Assembly: GCA_045598785.1 (NCBI GenBank)
Contig: JAZLMR010000035.1
Coordinates: 2,091-66,090 of the forward strand
Direction: 5' to 3'
Origin: Kiritimatiellia bacterium
GTDB lineage: Bacteria; Verrucomicrobiota; Kiritimatiellia; RFP12; UBA1067
DNA: 64,000 bases
Positions 16,873 to 27,037 of the stretch are shown here, one piece after another (positions within the stretch are counted from its first letter, which is position 1; every line of letters begins with the position of its first letter). The notes under the pieces are model-generated. The model was not told the DNA's origin. It made no database searches and saw only the letters and a program-made list of their open reading frames with translations. The position numbers and the translations under genes are program-made.

Positions 16873-19749
16873 CTAAAGGAACTGCCCGGTGACCGATTCC
16901 CGGCAGGCGCGGACAGTCGCCACCGGGCCTTCGCACACCAGCTTACCACCGGCTTCGCCGCCATCCGGCCCGAGGTCGATGATCCAATCGGCGCTCCGGA
17001 TGACATCCAGGTTGTGCTCGATCACCACCACGGTATTGCCCTGGTCGCGCAGCCGCAGCAACAGCCGCAGCAATTTCGCCACGTCGTCAAAATGCAGCCC
17101 CGTCGTCGGCTCGTCCAGCAGATACAGCGTCTTGCCGGTCGACCGGCGGGAAAGCTCGCTCGCCAGCTTGATCCGCTGGGCTTCGCCGCCCGAAAGCGTG
17201 GTCGCCGCCTGCCCGAGCGCAATGTAGCCAAGCCCGACCTCGTTCAGCGTCGTCAGCTTGCGCCGAAGCGACGGCACCTTGGCGAAGAACTCCACCGCCT
17301 CGGCCACCGTCATCGCCAGCACTTCGGCAATGGTCTTGCCGCCATAGGTCACTTCCAGCGTTTCCGCATTGAACCGCTGGCCGCCGCATTGCTCGCAAGT
17401 GACGTAGACGTCGGGCAGGAACGACATTTCCAGCTTCTGCACGCCGTCGCCGCCGCAGACTTCGCAGCGCCCGCCCTTCACGTTGAACGAGAACCGCCCG
17501 GCGGAATAGCCGCGCGCGCGCGCCGCCTCCGTCTGTGCAAAGAGTTCGCGGATTTCCGAAAAGAAACCGACGTAAGTGGCGGGATTCGACCGCGGCGTCC
17601 GCCCGATCGGCGACTGGTCGATCTCGATCAGCTTGTCGAAATTCTCCACTCCCGTCAACGACGGGCCCGTCGGTTTTTTCCGCTGCTGGCGCCCGCCGCC
17701 GCGCGGCGCACGTTCCAGCGCTGCCGCTAGGAGCGGCTTCAAAGTCTCGTTCACCAGCGACGACTTGCCGCTCCCGGAAACACCGGTCACCACCGTCAGC
17801 GAGCCGACCGGAATATGCGCGGTCAGGCGCTTCAGATTGTGCGCCGTCGCGTTGGCAACCGTCAGGACCGGGCCCTTCGCCAACCCCTTGCCGCCATTGC
17901 CCGCCACGACCCGGCGGCGGCCCGAAAGGTAATCGGCCGTCAGCGAGCCGCATTTGAGAAGCCCCGCGTAATCGCCCTGATACATGAGCCGGCCTCCCTC
18001 GCGCCCCGCCCCGGGGCCGAGATCGACGATGTAGTCGGCCGCGCGCATCATCTCCGCGTCGTGCTCCACGACCACCACCGTATTGCCGCGGTCGCGCAGC
18101 CCCTTCAAAGTGGCGATCAGCCGCTCGTTGTCGCGCGGGTGCAGCCCAATGGTCGGTTCGTCGAGCACATACAAGACCCCGGTCAGGCCGGAGCCGATCT
18201 GGGTCGCCAGCCGAATACGCTGCATCTCGCCGCCGGACAAGGTGGCCGAGGCGCGATCCAGGGTCAGATACTCGAGCCCGACGTCGACAAGAAACTGCAG
18301 GCGCCGGATGATCTCGACCAGGATGTCCCGTAGCGCGTCCAGCTTCGCATTGACCGCCTTCGCCGCCGCCGGACGCCGCTCGCGGCCCGATCCCAGCTCC
18401 CGGAAGAACTTGAGCGACTCGCTGACCGGCAACGCCATCACCTCGGTCAGCGTCTTGCCCGCCACCGTCGCCGCGCGCGAAAACTCGTTGAGCCGGGCGC
18501 CCTGGCAGTCGGGGCAGACCTTGTCGGACTGATACGACTCGTATTTGGCGCGGGTCTCGTCGTCCTCCGCCTCTTCGAGCCGCTTTTGCAAAGTGGCCAG
18601 CACGCCTTCAAAGGGACGATCCACGCTCCGCCACGGCAGCACCAGGTCGTCCTTGAACCCGTGCATCAAGTCGTGGCGGAACTTCGCCGGCAGCCGCTCG
18701 TAGGGCGTGTCGAGCCGCACATGATACTGCTTGGCGATCTGCTCCAGGAGCGCATTGTAGTACATGATCGCGTTATGCCCCGCCCGCCGCCAGGGATGAA
18801 TGCACTCCCGCAGCGGCAAGGTCTTGTCGGGAACGATCAGGTCTTCGTCGAAATAATAAAGCTGCCCGAGCCCCGCGCAAGTGGGACAGGCCCCGAACGG
18901 CGAGTTGAACGAGAACGACCGCGGCTTGAGCGCGTCAAAGGAAATGCCGCAATCCGGGCAAGCGTTGAGCTCGGAAAAGGTCTGGAAGGCCGCGCCCGCC
19001 GCCGCCCCCAGCCGTTCGATCGTCAGGAGACCCTTGCCGGTCTTGAGCGCCAGCTCGACCGAATCCGTCAGCCGCGTGCGAAACGCCTGGCGCTCGGCTT
19101 CGGCCGCCTCGACCGCCGGAATCACCAGCCGGTCGATCACCACCTCGAGATTGTGCGCCTTCTTCCGGTCCAGCTCGGGCGTCTCGTCGAGCGGATACAC
19201 GGTGCCGTCGATCCGCACCCGCACGAAGCCGTTGCGGCGCAGGGCCGCCAGCGTTTCCTCATGGCGGCCCTTCTGACCCCGTACGACCGGCGCGTAGAGG
19301 ATGACCTTGGCGTTCGCCTGCGCCAGAATGGCATCGACGATCTGCTCCGCCGACTGCCGCGTCACCGGCCGACCGCACTTCGGACAGTGCGCCTCGGCGA
19401 CCGATCCGTAGAGAATGCGCAGATAATCGTGAATCTCGGTAACCGTGGCCACGATCGAGCGCGGATTGCCGCCCGTCGTATGCTGCTCGATGGAAATGGC
19501 GGGGCTGAGTCCCTCGATCTTCTCCACCTCCGGCTTGGCCAGTCGGTCGAGAAACTGCCGCGCATAGGCCGAAAGCGATTCGACATAGCGCCGCTGGCCC
19601 TCGGCGTAAAGCGTGTCAAAGGCCAGCGAAGACTTGCCGGAACCCGAAAGCCCCGTGATGACGGTCAGCGAATTGCGCGGAATCCGCACGTTGATTCCGC
19701 GCAAGTTGTGCATGCGCGCCCCGGTGATGACGATGTCGCCCTGGCTCAC
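16873..19749 (-). CDS. uvrA: Excinuclease ABC subunit A
   Basis: 958 aa with duplicated ABC ATPase modules. Walker A TGLSGSGKSSLAFDTLYAEGQRRYVESLSAYARQFL sits near the N-terminus and a second GVSGSGKSSLV later. Zinc-finger cysteine clusters are present. Confidence 0.95.
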   Translation of the reverse strand: MSQGDIVITGARMHNLRGINVRIPRNSLTVITGLSGSGKSSLAFDTLYAEGQRRYVESLSAYARQFLDRLAKPEVEKIEGLSPAISIEQHTTGGNPRSIVATVTEIHDYLRILYGSVAEAHCPKCGRPVTRQSAEQIVDAILAQANAKVILYAPVVRGQKGRHEETLAALRRNGFVRVRIDGTVYPLDETPELDRKKAHNLEVVIDRLVIPAVEAAEAERQAFRTRLTDSVELALKTGKGLLTIERLGAAAGAAFQTFSELNACPDCGISFDALKPRSFSFNSPFGACPTCAGLGQLYYFDEDLIVPDKTLPLRECIHPWRRAGHNAIMYYNALLEQIAKQYHVRLDTPYERLPAKFRHDLMHGFKDDLVLPWRSVDRPFEGVLATLQKRLEEAEDDETRAKYESYQSDKVCPDCQGARLNEFSRAATVAGKTLTEVMALPVSESLKFFRELGSGRERRPAAAKAVNAKLDALRDILVEIIRRLQFLVDVGLEYLTLDRASATLSGGEMQRIRLATQIGSGLTGVLYVLDEPTIGLHPRDNERLIATLKGLRDRGNTVVVVEHDAEMMRAADYIVDLGPGAGREGGRLMYQGDYAGLLKCGSLTADYLSGRRRVVAGNGGKGLAKGPVLTVANATAHNLKRLTAHIPVGSLTVVTGVSGSGKSSLVNETLKPLLAAALERAPRGGGRQQRKKPTGPSLTGVENFDKLIEIDQSPIGRTPRSNPATYVGFFSEIRELFAQTEAARARGYSAGRFSFNVKGGRCEVCGGDGVQKLEMSFLPDVYVTCEQCGGQRFNAETLEVTYGGKTIAEVLAMTVAEAVEFFAKVPSLRRKLTTLNEVGLGYIALGQAATTLSGGEAQRIKLASELSRRSTGKTLYLLDEPTTGLHFDDVAKLLRLLLRLRDQGNTVVVIEHNLDVIRSADWIIDLGPDGGEAGGKLVCEGPVATVRACRESVTGQFL

Positions 19750-19756
19750 TTCGCGT

Positions 19757-21298
19757 TTACAGACTCTTCAGGTCCAGCGCCAGCAGGAACTCGGGATTAC
19801 TCTGCGTCTTGCGGAGCGAATTCAGGACCGACTTCATCGCCGACTCGGAACCGGCCGCCGAAAGGATCCGCCGCAGGCCCCAGGTCTTTTCCAGCTCCAT
19901 CGGGTCCAGCAGCAGGTCTTCCTTGCGCGTGCCCGACTTGTCGATGTCAATCGCCGGGAAGATGCGCTTGTCGGCGAGCGCACGGTCCAGCACGATCTCC
20001 ATGTTGCCCGTGCCCTTGAACTCCTCGAAAATCACTTCGTCCATGCGGCTGCCGGTGTCGCCGAGGCCGGTGGCGATGTTCGTCAGCGAGCCGCCGCCCT
20101 CGATGTTGCGCGCCGCGCCGAAGAAGCGCTTCGGCCGGTGCATCGCGAGCGCGTCCACACCGCCGGTCAAGATCTTGCCCGAATGCGGCTGCACCGTATT
20201 GTAGGCGCGGGCCATGCGGGTGATCGAATCCATGAGAATGATGACGTCCTTGCCGTTCTCCACCTGCCGCTTCGACATCTCCAGCACCATCTCGGTCACA
20301 TTGACATGATGCTGCGGCTCCTCGTCGAAAGTCGACGACAGCACCATCGCCTTGGTGTTGCGCTGCATGTCGGTCACTTCCTCGGGCCGCTCGTCAATCA
20401 GCAGGATGATCAGCATGGCCTCGGGGTGGTTCTTGGAAATGGCGTTGGCCATTTTCTGCAGCAGCACCGTCTTGCCGACTCGCGGCGGGGCGATGATGAG
20501 CCCGCGCTGGCCGAAGCCGATGGGCGTGAACAGGTCGATGACGCGAGTCGAGAACTCCTTGGAGTCGGTTTCCAGCAGAATGCGCCGCGTCGGAAAGGTC
20601 GCGGTAAGGTTCTCGAAATGCACCACCCGCGCCGCCACCGACGGCTCCTTGTCGTTCACCAGATTGACGTTCCCCAGGCAGAAGAACCGATCGCGGTCGC
20701 GCGGGTCGCGAATCGGGCCTTCGATGATGTCGCCCGTGCGCAGCGCATGGCGGCGAATCTGCTGCTGGGTGACGAACACGTCTTCGGGAAACGCCAGGAA
20801 GTTGTTCTTGGCGCTGCGCAGAAAGCCATGGCCCTCGCGGACGATTTCCAGGCAGCCCGACGCGATGACCGCCCCGCCGTGGGCCAGATAGGCGCGAATG
20901 GCCGCAAAGATGAGCTCGTGCTTGCGGTAGGAGCCCAGCTCCTCGGGATCCGCCCCGGGCATCATCCGGTCGACAATCACCTGCGCCGGCCAGGTCTGGA
21001 TGTCGGCCAGCCGATACTCCGGCAAGTCCGGATTGCGGTGCGGATTCTGATTCTCAGTCTCGGCCGCGCGCGGCTCGGTGGGAAGCGGCGCATTCAAAAG
21101 CGGATTCACCGACTCGGCACCGTTCGCCCCGCGAATCGGCGAATTGTTGGGCTTCGGCTGATGGCCGCGATTGAACCCGCCCTTGCGATTGTGGAACCTG
21201 CCCTTGGGCGCTCCCGCCGGCGGCGGATTCTGATTCTGCGGATTCCCCTTCTTCGCCGCATTTACGGCACCGGCAAACACATCGAGTTCTTCAGCCAT
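19757..21298 (-). CDS. rho: Transcription termination factor Rho with a ~160-aa low-complexity N-terminal extension
   Basis: Conserved Rho core with RecA-like ATPase ([25 protein letters not shown]) and the CSD/OB domain. N-terminus is N/Q/P/G/R-rich ([36 protein letters not shown]...). Confidence 0.9.
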   Translation of the reverse strand: MAEELDVFAGAVNAAKKGNPQNQNPPPAGAPKGRFHNRKGGFNRGHQPKPNNSPIRGANGAESVNPLLNAPLPTEPRAAETENQNPHRNPDLPEYRLADIQTWPAQVIVDRMMPGADPEELGSYRKHELIFAAIRAYLAHGGAVIASGCLEIVREGHGFLRSAKNNFLAFPEDVFVTQQQIRRHALRTGDIIEGPIRDPRDRDRFFCLGNVNLVNDKEPSVAARVVHFENLTATFPTRRILLETDSKEFSTRVIDLFTPIGFGQRGLIIAPPRVGKTVLLQKMANAISKNHPEAMLIILLIDERPEEVTDMQRNTKAMVLSSTFDEEPQHHVNVTEMVLEMSKRQVENGKDVIILMDSITRMARAYNTVQPHSGKILTGGVDALAMHRPKRFFGAARNIEGGGSLTNIATGLGDTGSRMDEVIFEEFKGTGNMEIVLDRALADKRIFPAIDIDKSGTRKEDLLLDPMELEKTWGLRRILSAAGSESAMKSVLNSLRKTQSNPEFLLALDLKSL

Positions 21299-21801
21299 GA
21301 TATGAATTTTTCTGCTTCGCGTTCCAGATCCTCGGCGGACCCGTCATTGTTGATTACGTATTGGGATTTTTGCGCCTTGACCGCAACCGGCAGCTGCGCC
21401 GCCAACCGGGCCTCGGCCTCCGACCGCGAGTAGCCGCGATTGGAAATCATCCGGGCGATCTGCGTTTCCCGCTCGCTCCGAATGCACGCTATTATATCAA
21501 ATTCTTCTTCCCAATGCACCTCGAAGAGGAGCGGAATTACCGCGATGCGCAACTGCCGGCTCGGCTCATCCAGCCACGCCGTCAGCCGCGCCTTCACCAG
21601 CGGGTGCAGCCGCGCTTCGAGCGCCCGCCGTTTTTCAGAATCGCCAAACACCTCCGCCGCGAGGTGCCGCCGCTCGGCCGGATCGGGAATGAGCTCGTGA
21701 ACGACGGCATCGGCATCGAGCGTTTCAATGCCGCGCACGTTCAGATAATGCGAAAGGAGGGACTTGCCGCAGGCAATCCCTCCCGTAAGTGCAATTTTCA
21801 T
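21262..21801 (-). CDS. coaE: Dephospho-CoA kinase
   Basis: P-loop [14 protein letters not shown] at the proposed start, ATG at comp(21799..21801). The track ORF extends 22 codons further upstream into a basic, probably untranslated region that would overlap the secretin. 37-nt overlap with the rho start. Confidence 0.8.
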   Translation of the reverse strand: MKIALTGGIACGKSLLSHYLNVRGIETLDADAVVHELIPDPAERRHLAAEVFGDSEKRRALEARLHPLVKARLTAWLDEPSRQLRIAVIPLLFEVHWEEEFDIIACIRSERETQIARMISNRGYSRSEAEARLAAQLPVAVKAQKSQYVINNDGSAEDLEREAEKFISWLKNSMCLPVP

Positions 21802-21814
21802 TGCCCCTTCGCGC

Positions 21815-24800
21815 TTACTCGGCCTTCGGCGCTTCCTTGACTTCGGCTTCCGAGGCCGCGCCGTCATTGACGCGCAGTTCCCGGCCCGAAGGCGTAATCA
21901 GCCGGCCGGTGACGAAGATGAGCAAATTGCGCTTGATCGTCTGCTCGGCGTGGCTGCGGAAGAGCCGCCCGATGAACGGCAGGTCGCCGAGGAACGGCAC
22001 CTTGTCATCCATCGCCTTGCGCTGCTCGGTAATGAGCCCGCCCATCACCACCGTCGAACCGGGGGTAATCGAAACCTTGGAGTCGATCGACCGCGCGGCG
22101 AAGAACGGCTGTTCCATCGGCGCATCGTAATATTCGATCGTCGACGGATTCATCGACTTAAGCGCACTGTCCATATACGCCGTAGCAACAGCCTCAGATT
22201 GCGCTCCGATCAGCTTGTTTACCGCGTCGGCCAGTGTTTCTGCGGCTCCAGGAATCCAGTTGAAAAGCGTTCCCGGATCCGGCACGACCCCGGTGCTGGG
22301 ATTGCCGGTAAACGGAATCTTCATACCGTAGTTCTTCCAGCTGTCGAGTTGCACCACCGACGGCTTCATTTCGAGATCAATGGTGCCACCATTGGCCTCC
22401 GAATAGGTCGGAGTCACATCAAGAACGACGCCGACTTCGCGCATAGTGAAGTTCTGGGGCTCCACCACCGCCAGAATCGCCGACGACGAGCCGCCCGAAC
22501 TGCTGCCGCCACCGCCGCTCGACGAGCTCGACTGCAGCTGCACATCATAGTCCTGCGGATAGATGTATTCGGTAACCACCTTGATGACCGCATTCTCGCC
22601 CGACTTGGTGACCACCTTCGGCGCCGACAAGAGGTCGGTATCGCTCCGCTGCGAAAGCATGTGGAGAATCATCGAGAGGTCAGCCGAACCGAGGAACGCA
22701 TTGACGCGCATAAACTGGTCATTGGTCGACTTCGACTCCCCGGAGATAAAGTTGCCCGTCGTCGACAAGTAACGGCTGCCGCTGCCATATTGGGAATTAC
22801 CGCCAAAGGCATTCACCCCAACACTGCCGTCAGCGCCGTCCCTTCTCACCCAAGTCGAACCATCGCCGATAACCGTCTTAGTGGTAACAGTTCTGGTTGT
22901 TTTCTCTTCGTATTTGGCCAACGGTGGGTTTGCTTGCCCATAAGCCTCGCTTTGAATCGTCTCTGTATTTACATCCGTATTCACCGTCTCGCTACGAGTG
23001 GACTTGGACGGCGAAAACTCACCGCTCTTAAGCCCCAGGGCGCGATTGAGCTTGCCGCCCAAATCCAGCGAATAGTCGCTGTTGAGGATCCACTCGAAGC
23101 CGAGCGAATTGAGATCTTCCTGCGAGACTTCGACGAAACGAGTCTCAATTTCAATCAGCATCGTCTGCCCGCCCAGTTCCTCAATCACCTTTTCAAACTC
23201 CGCCAAGTTTTCACGGGTGTTGCGGACATAGAGCTTGCCCAGCGACTTGATGTGCTTGATGGACGAGCCCTCCGGCCACTGGACGCCGAGTTCGGTAAAG
23301 AAGCCCTTCCAGTCGCGATCCTCGCTTTCCGTCTCCTCTTCATTATTGTTCTTGGAGCGGTTGCTCGACCCGAAGCCGCCCATTTCCTTCATTTCGCTCG
23401 ACGCGGAATTGAGGCGCTCCACAAACGCTTCCGGCACATTGTACTTGCGCGAAAGGAGCTCGGCCGTCGACATGTCAACCGGCATCACCATCACCACCGG
23501 CCCGCGCACGATGAACTTGTAGCCCACCGAATCGCAGACGAGCTTCAACGCCTCGTAGAAGGTGATGTCGCTCGCGGTAATCGTCTGAATCGGCTCCAGC
23601 CCGTTGGACGGCGCCGCCGCGCCCTCGTCGCCCGACGAGAAGTCATCGGAGCTTTCTTCCGCCTGCTGAGTCTTGATCGCACCCTGCGGCGTACGCAACA
23701 CGAAGTTGAAGCCGCGCTTTTCAATCGGGATGTCGGGGCGGTCATAATCCTTCGACGCCGTGCGGAAGAACTCCACCGCCTCGATGATCGTCGCCGGCGG
23801 CTTGAACGAAATCGTCGGCAGGCGCATCTCCTTCATCCGCCGCACGATGTCCTGCTCCTGCGTGCGCTCGGGGTCGTCACCCGTCTGCGTCTTGACCGTC
23901 TCGGCCGACGACTCGTTAAGCCGCGCCGCGTTAACCGCGTAAACCGGCCGCCACGCCTCGTCGACATCGGCAATCATGCCGTCACGCGCCGCCTCGCGCT
24001 CCTGCTTCAGGATCGTCTGGCGCTTGCGCTCGATCGCCCGCCGGATCCGCAGCGCATCCTGATTGTAAGGATCGTTCACGAGCACGATCTCCGCCTCCTC
24101 GAGCGCCTTCGCCATGTCGCGCACCGCCAGATACTGCCGGCTACGGCGCAGATGCTTGCGGATCTGCTCGCGCTCATTCTTGAAATCCTGCTCGTTGATG
24201 CGATGGGCGTATTCGGCGCCATCGGCCTTGACCTCGGTCTCATTGCCTTCGGCCACCCACTTCTCCAGCACGCGCCGCGCCTTCGGGTGGCGCATACCAA
24301 TCGCCTTCTCCATCAACTGAACCGCCCGCTCGCGGCGGCCCAGCTCTTCTTCCTGCAACGCCGCGCGGAACAGCCCCTCGGCAATACCCTGGTCGCATTC
24401 CTTCTTGAACTGCTTGGAACCCGCACGGTCGTTAAGGAGCTTGAGCGCCAGCCCGTAGTGGCGCACGGCATCGGAATATTCGGCGTTCGCCATGCACTCG
24501 CGCGCCTCGGCAATTTCCCGCATGGCCTGCGCGTCCAACGACCCCCGACGCAACTTCTCGGTGGTGCGAAGGTTCTCAAGCAGCTCGGCATCGGTTGCCG
24601 CCACGGTCGCCGCCGGTTTGGGCGCCTCGGCCTTCGGCTCCTCGACCTTGGCTTCCTCGGCCTCCACCTTCGGCTCCTCGGCCTCCACCTCCACCTTGGC
24701 TTCGGTCTTCGCCGCCGGAGTTGTCGCTTCCGCTTCCAGATCCTTCAGCAGGTTGTCAAGATCGTCCTGCGCCAACCCACTCTGACCGACGGCGACCAAC

Positions 24801-24853
24801 GCCACCACCGCACTCAGGGCGATCCCATTTCTGATGTTCATCATATCGACCAC
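21815..24853 (-). CDS. Secretin (GspD/PilQ superfamily outer-membrane channel) with N-terminal E/A/K-rich repeats and a TPR-like region
   Basis: 1012 aa with a signal peptide. The C-terminal secretin domain carries the conserved VPFLGDLPFIGRLFR motif. Start is GTG at comp(24851..24853), preceded by AAGGAG 4 nt upstream. Position in the cluster corresponds to Akkermansia Amuc_1098 (from memory). Confidence 0.8.
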   Translation of the reverse strand: MVDMMNIRNGIALSAVVALVAVGQSGLAQDDLDNLLKDLEAEATTPAAKTEAKVEVEAEEPKVEAEEAKVEEPKAEAPKPAATVAATDAELLENLRTTEKLRRGSLDAQAMREIAEARECMANAEYSDAVRHYGLALKLLNDRAGSKQFKKECDQGIAEGLFRAALQEEELGRRERAVQLMEKAIGMRHPKARRVLEKWVAEGNETEVKADGAEYAHRINEQDFKNEREQIRKHLRRSRQYLAVRDMAKALEEAEIVLVNDPYNQDALRIRRAIERKRQTILKQEREAARDGMIADVDEAWRPVYAVNAARLNESSAETVKTQTGDDPERTQEQDIVRRMKEMRLPTISFKPPATIIEAVEFFRTASKDYDRPDIPIEKRGFNFVLRTPQGAIKTQQAEESSDDFSSGDEGAAAPSNGLEPIQTITASDITFYEALKLVCDSVGYKFIVRGPVVMVMPVDMSTAELLSRKYNVPEAFVERLNSASSEMKEMGGFGSSNRSKNNNEEETESEDRDWKGFFTELGVQWPEGSSIKHIKSLGKLYVRNTRENLAEFEKVIEELGGQTMLIEIETRFVEVSQEDLNSLGFEWILNSDYSLDLGGKLNRALGLKSGEFSPSKSTRSETVNTDVNTETIQSEAYGQANPPLAKYEEKTTRTVTTKTVIGDGSTWVRRDGADGSVGVNAFGGNSQYGSGSRYLSTTGNFISGESKSTNDQFMRVNAFLGSADLSMILHMLSQRSDTDLLSAPKVVTKSGENAVIKVVTEYIYPQDYDVQLQSSSSSGGGGSSSGGSSSAILAVVEPQNFTMREVGVVLDVTPTYSEANGGTIDLEMKPSVVQLDSWKNYGMKIPFTGNPSTGVVPDPGTLFNWIPGAAETLADAVNKLIGAQSEAVATAYMDSALKSMNPSTIEYYDAPMEQPFFAARSIDSKVSITPGSTVVMGGLITEQRKAMDDKVPFLGDLPFIGRLFRSHAEQTIKRNLLIFVTGRLITPSGRELRVNDGAASEAEVKEAPKAE

Positions 24854-24893
24854 CTATCTCCTTAATTTAGGCAACAGTATACTATAAGTTTGC

Positions 24894-26033
24894 TTATCGT
24901 TCAAGTGCTTCAAGCGTCCGCTTCTTGCCGGAAAGCACACTTTCCAGGGTCACTTTGGCCCCTTTGCCAACCGGCGTAATGTCCGTAATTCGGTATTTGG
25001 AGCCGTTAAGATCAATCTCCGAACCCGGGACCACGTCGAGGTTGCGGACCTCCCCGCGATTATAGGCCAGCGTCGCCTTGACATCCACCGCCGCCAGCTT
25101 CATGCCCTTGATCGGCTGCAGCACCAGCGTCATGACCTTGCCGTCCCGCTCGCGCTCCAGCACCACCTCGGAAACATCCACCGTGACGAACATGCCCTTC
25201 ATGCCCTTCTTCTCGCGCTTTTCCGACTTGGCGGTATAGCTCTTAAGCGTCCAGCCATAGTCCACCGGATTCTTGGCGTCGCTCGCATCCACGATCTTCT
25301 CGCCCACCTTGACCGTGACCTTGCGGCCCAGCTTGCCGTAGTCGTTGCGGCGCGAAGGATCAAGGAACTCACAGCGCCAGCCGCCGGGAATCTGATTGGC
25401 CGTCACGAAGGCGAACGGCATCTTGGTCTCCTGAAGCGGCAACACGATGGAGAGCGAATCGAGATAATCGGGATGGTCGTTGGGATTCAGCGGATCGGTC
25501 TTGGCCAGGAACTCCTCCAGATTGGTGAAACCGTCCTTGTCGGCATCCTGCTCGGCATCGGCGGCATCGGCAATGTTGAAGCCGAACTTCTTCTCCCAGT
25601 CGTCCGGCATGCCGTCCTGGTCGGCGTCGACCACGACCACCTTCTCCTCCTCCTGCTGCTCCCCGCAGTACGGACACTTCGGGAACGCCTTGGTGTCACC
25701 GGGAATCACCTTCTTGCACTTGCACAGGACGCGCCGTTCGCTCGTCAGGAAGTTCCCCTGCTTTTCCGAGACCTCCGCCAGCGTCTTCGGGCTGCGCACC
25801 AAACGCAACGCCTCCTGATACTCGGACATGTCGACCGCCTTAACACCGGTCTCGCCCCGATCCAGCCGGGCGATGCGCGCGACTTCCTCGGCCGCCGCCT
25901 CCTCGGGATCGGCGCCCATCGACATCACAAACATGGCCGCCCCGCCCGCCAGCGCCAGCAACCCCAAGCCGGCGACAATCCAGTCGTAATGGGCCGCCAA
26001 AAAATTCTTATTGCCAAAACGCGAGACCATCAC
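24894..26033 (-). CDS. Pilus-cluster membrane protein with a zinc-ribbon motif and thrombospondin-type-3-like Ca-binding motifs (Amuc_1099 position)
   Basis: 379 aa with an N-terminal TM helix, a CKCKK...CPYCGE four-Cys motif and two D-x-D-x-D-G-x-x-D motifs (DADQDGMPDDWE, DADKDGFTNLEEF). 4-nt overlaps with both neighbours. Confidence 0.6.
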   Translation of the reverse strand: MMVSRFGNKNFLAAHYDWIVAGLGLLALAGGAAMFVMSMGADPEEAAAEEVARIARLDRGETGVKAVDMSEYQEALRLVRSPKTLAEVSEKQGNFLTSERRVLCKCKKVIPGDTKAFPKCPYCGEQQEEEKVVVVDADQDGMPDDWEKKFGFNIADAADAEQDADKDGFTNLEEFLAKTDPLNPNDHPDYLDSLSIVLPLQETKMPFAFVTANQIPGGWRCEFLDPSRRNDYGKLGRKVTVKVGEKIVDASDAKNPVDYGWTLKSYTAKSEKREKKGMKGMFVTVDVSEVVLERERDGKVMTLVLQPIKGMKLAAVDVKATLAYNRGEVRNLDVVPGSEIDLNGSKYRITDITPVGKGAKVTLESVLSGKKRTLEALER

Positions 26034-27037
26034 TTAACCTCCTCGCTCTTGTCTTCGTCTTCCAACGACCGAAAGTCGTAAACCGAAACCGTCATCGTCA
26101 CCGCAAACGGCTCGTCCAGCAGCGGATCGGTGACAATGCCGTTCTTGAGATTGACATCTTCCTTCGGCTCCTCAACGGCTGCCGCCCGGCGACCGCGCCG
26201 CCGGCGACCGCTCGTCTGCTCGTTCTTCTTGGCATCCTCGCCACCCAACGCTGCCGCCAGCTGATCGTGCTGCCGCAGGAAGGAAAAGTCGTCGACGACC
26301 GTGAACCGCTCACCAGTCGCCAGCGCATTCATCGCCTTGATAAAGCCGACCGGTCGCGTCGTGAACGCAAAGGTATAAGTAAAGACCGAAGGCTCCTTAA
26401 CCGGCTCGGGGTCCTTCTTCCCCGCCTTCTTGCCCGCCTTGCGCGTGTTCTTCCGGTCCGCCGCCGACTCCGGGACCGGCCGCGCCGCAAACTGCACGTC
26501 CGTAAGCTCGGCAATGCCCGAAGCCGACAGGAGCTCGACCACCGTGGCGACATCGTCCCAGCGCCGCTGCAATTCCGCCAGCTCGCCCTCGGCCGGCATC
26601 TTGCCCTCGCTGATGTATTCGCCGAAAGGACCGAACTTGAAATCCGGCTTCACCAGCACGTTCTGCACCGCTCCCGGCAGCGTCGCCAGGCGCTTGGCAT
26701 CCGCGACCAAAAAGGTCTTGAACGCCGCCGGCGTCGTCGCCGGAAACACCTTGTCGCCGCGGGACGCAAGCTTCAGCGTCTCGTCCTTCCATTCCACGAG
26801 CGCCTGCTGGTTCGATGCAATGGCGGTCACGCTCTTCTTGCTCGGGAAAATCGGCTTGCGCGAAAGCGACTCCGCCTTTTCCACCACCGTCTCCAGCCCG
26901 TCGGTGCCCTCTTCCTCGTCCCCGGCGATGGCCGCGGTCTTGTCGGCGAACGCCATCCAGGTGAGAAACGCCAGCACCAGAATCACCAGCCCCAAACCGC
27001 CGCCCACGGCGGCCAGAATCATGCGGTTCTTATTCAT
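26030..27037 (-). CDS. Amuc_1100-like pilus-associated protein (membrane-anchored)
   Basis: 335 aa with an N-terminal TM helix. Segments TTPAAFKTFL and FIKAMNALATGERFTVVDDFSF resemble Akkermansia muciniphila Amuc_1100 (TTPTAFQNEL; VLKAMNAITGMQDYLFTVNSIRI). These are recalled from memory and need checking by alignment. ATGA overlap with the PilM/N stop. Confidence 0.6.
   Translation of the reverse strand: MNKNRMILAAVGGGLGLVILVLAFLTWMAFADKTAAIAGDEEEGTDGLETVVEKAESLSRKPIFPSKKSVTAIASNQQALVEWKDETLKLASRGDKVFPATTPAAFKTFLVADAKRLATLPGAVQNVLVKPDFKFGPFGEYISEGKMPAEGELAELQRRWDDVATVVELLSASGIAELTDVQFAARPVPESAADRKNTRKAGKKAGKKDPEPVKEPSVFTYTFAFTTRPVGFIKAMNALATGERFTVVDDFSFLRQHDQLAAALGGEDAKKNEQTSGRRRRGRRAAAVEEPKEDVNLKNGIVTDPLLDEPFAVTMTVSVYDFRSLEDEDKSEEVK

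Noticed and set aside
21764-24865. 1033-aa plus-strand ORF opposite the secretin, and the 900-aa ORF 58693..61395 opposite the DUF4838 gene
   Set aside because: Same reasoning: the opposite strand carries the secretin VPFLGDLPFIGRLFR motif or a signal-peptide protein. The plus-strand translations are featureless and R/H/Q-rich.
24874-24886. AGTATACT palindrome / TATAGT-TATACT -10-like hexamers ahead of the secretin
   Set aside because: Only an 8-bp palindrome with mismatching flanks, and a -35 would fall inside the upstream coding sequence. Insufficient to call an internal promoter or operator.
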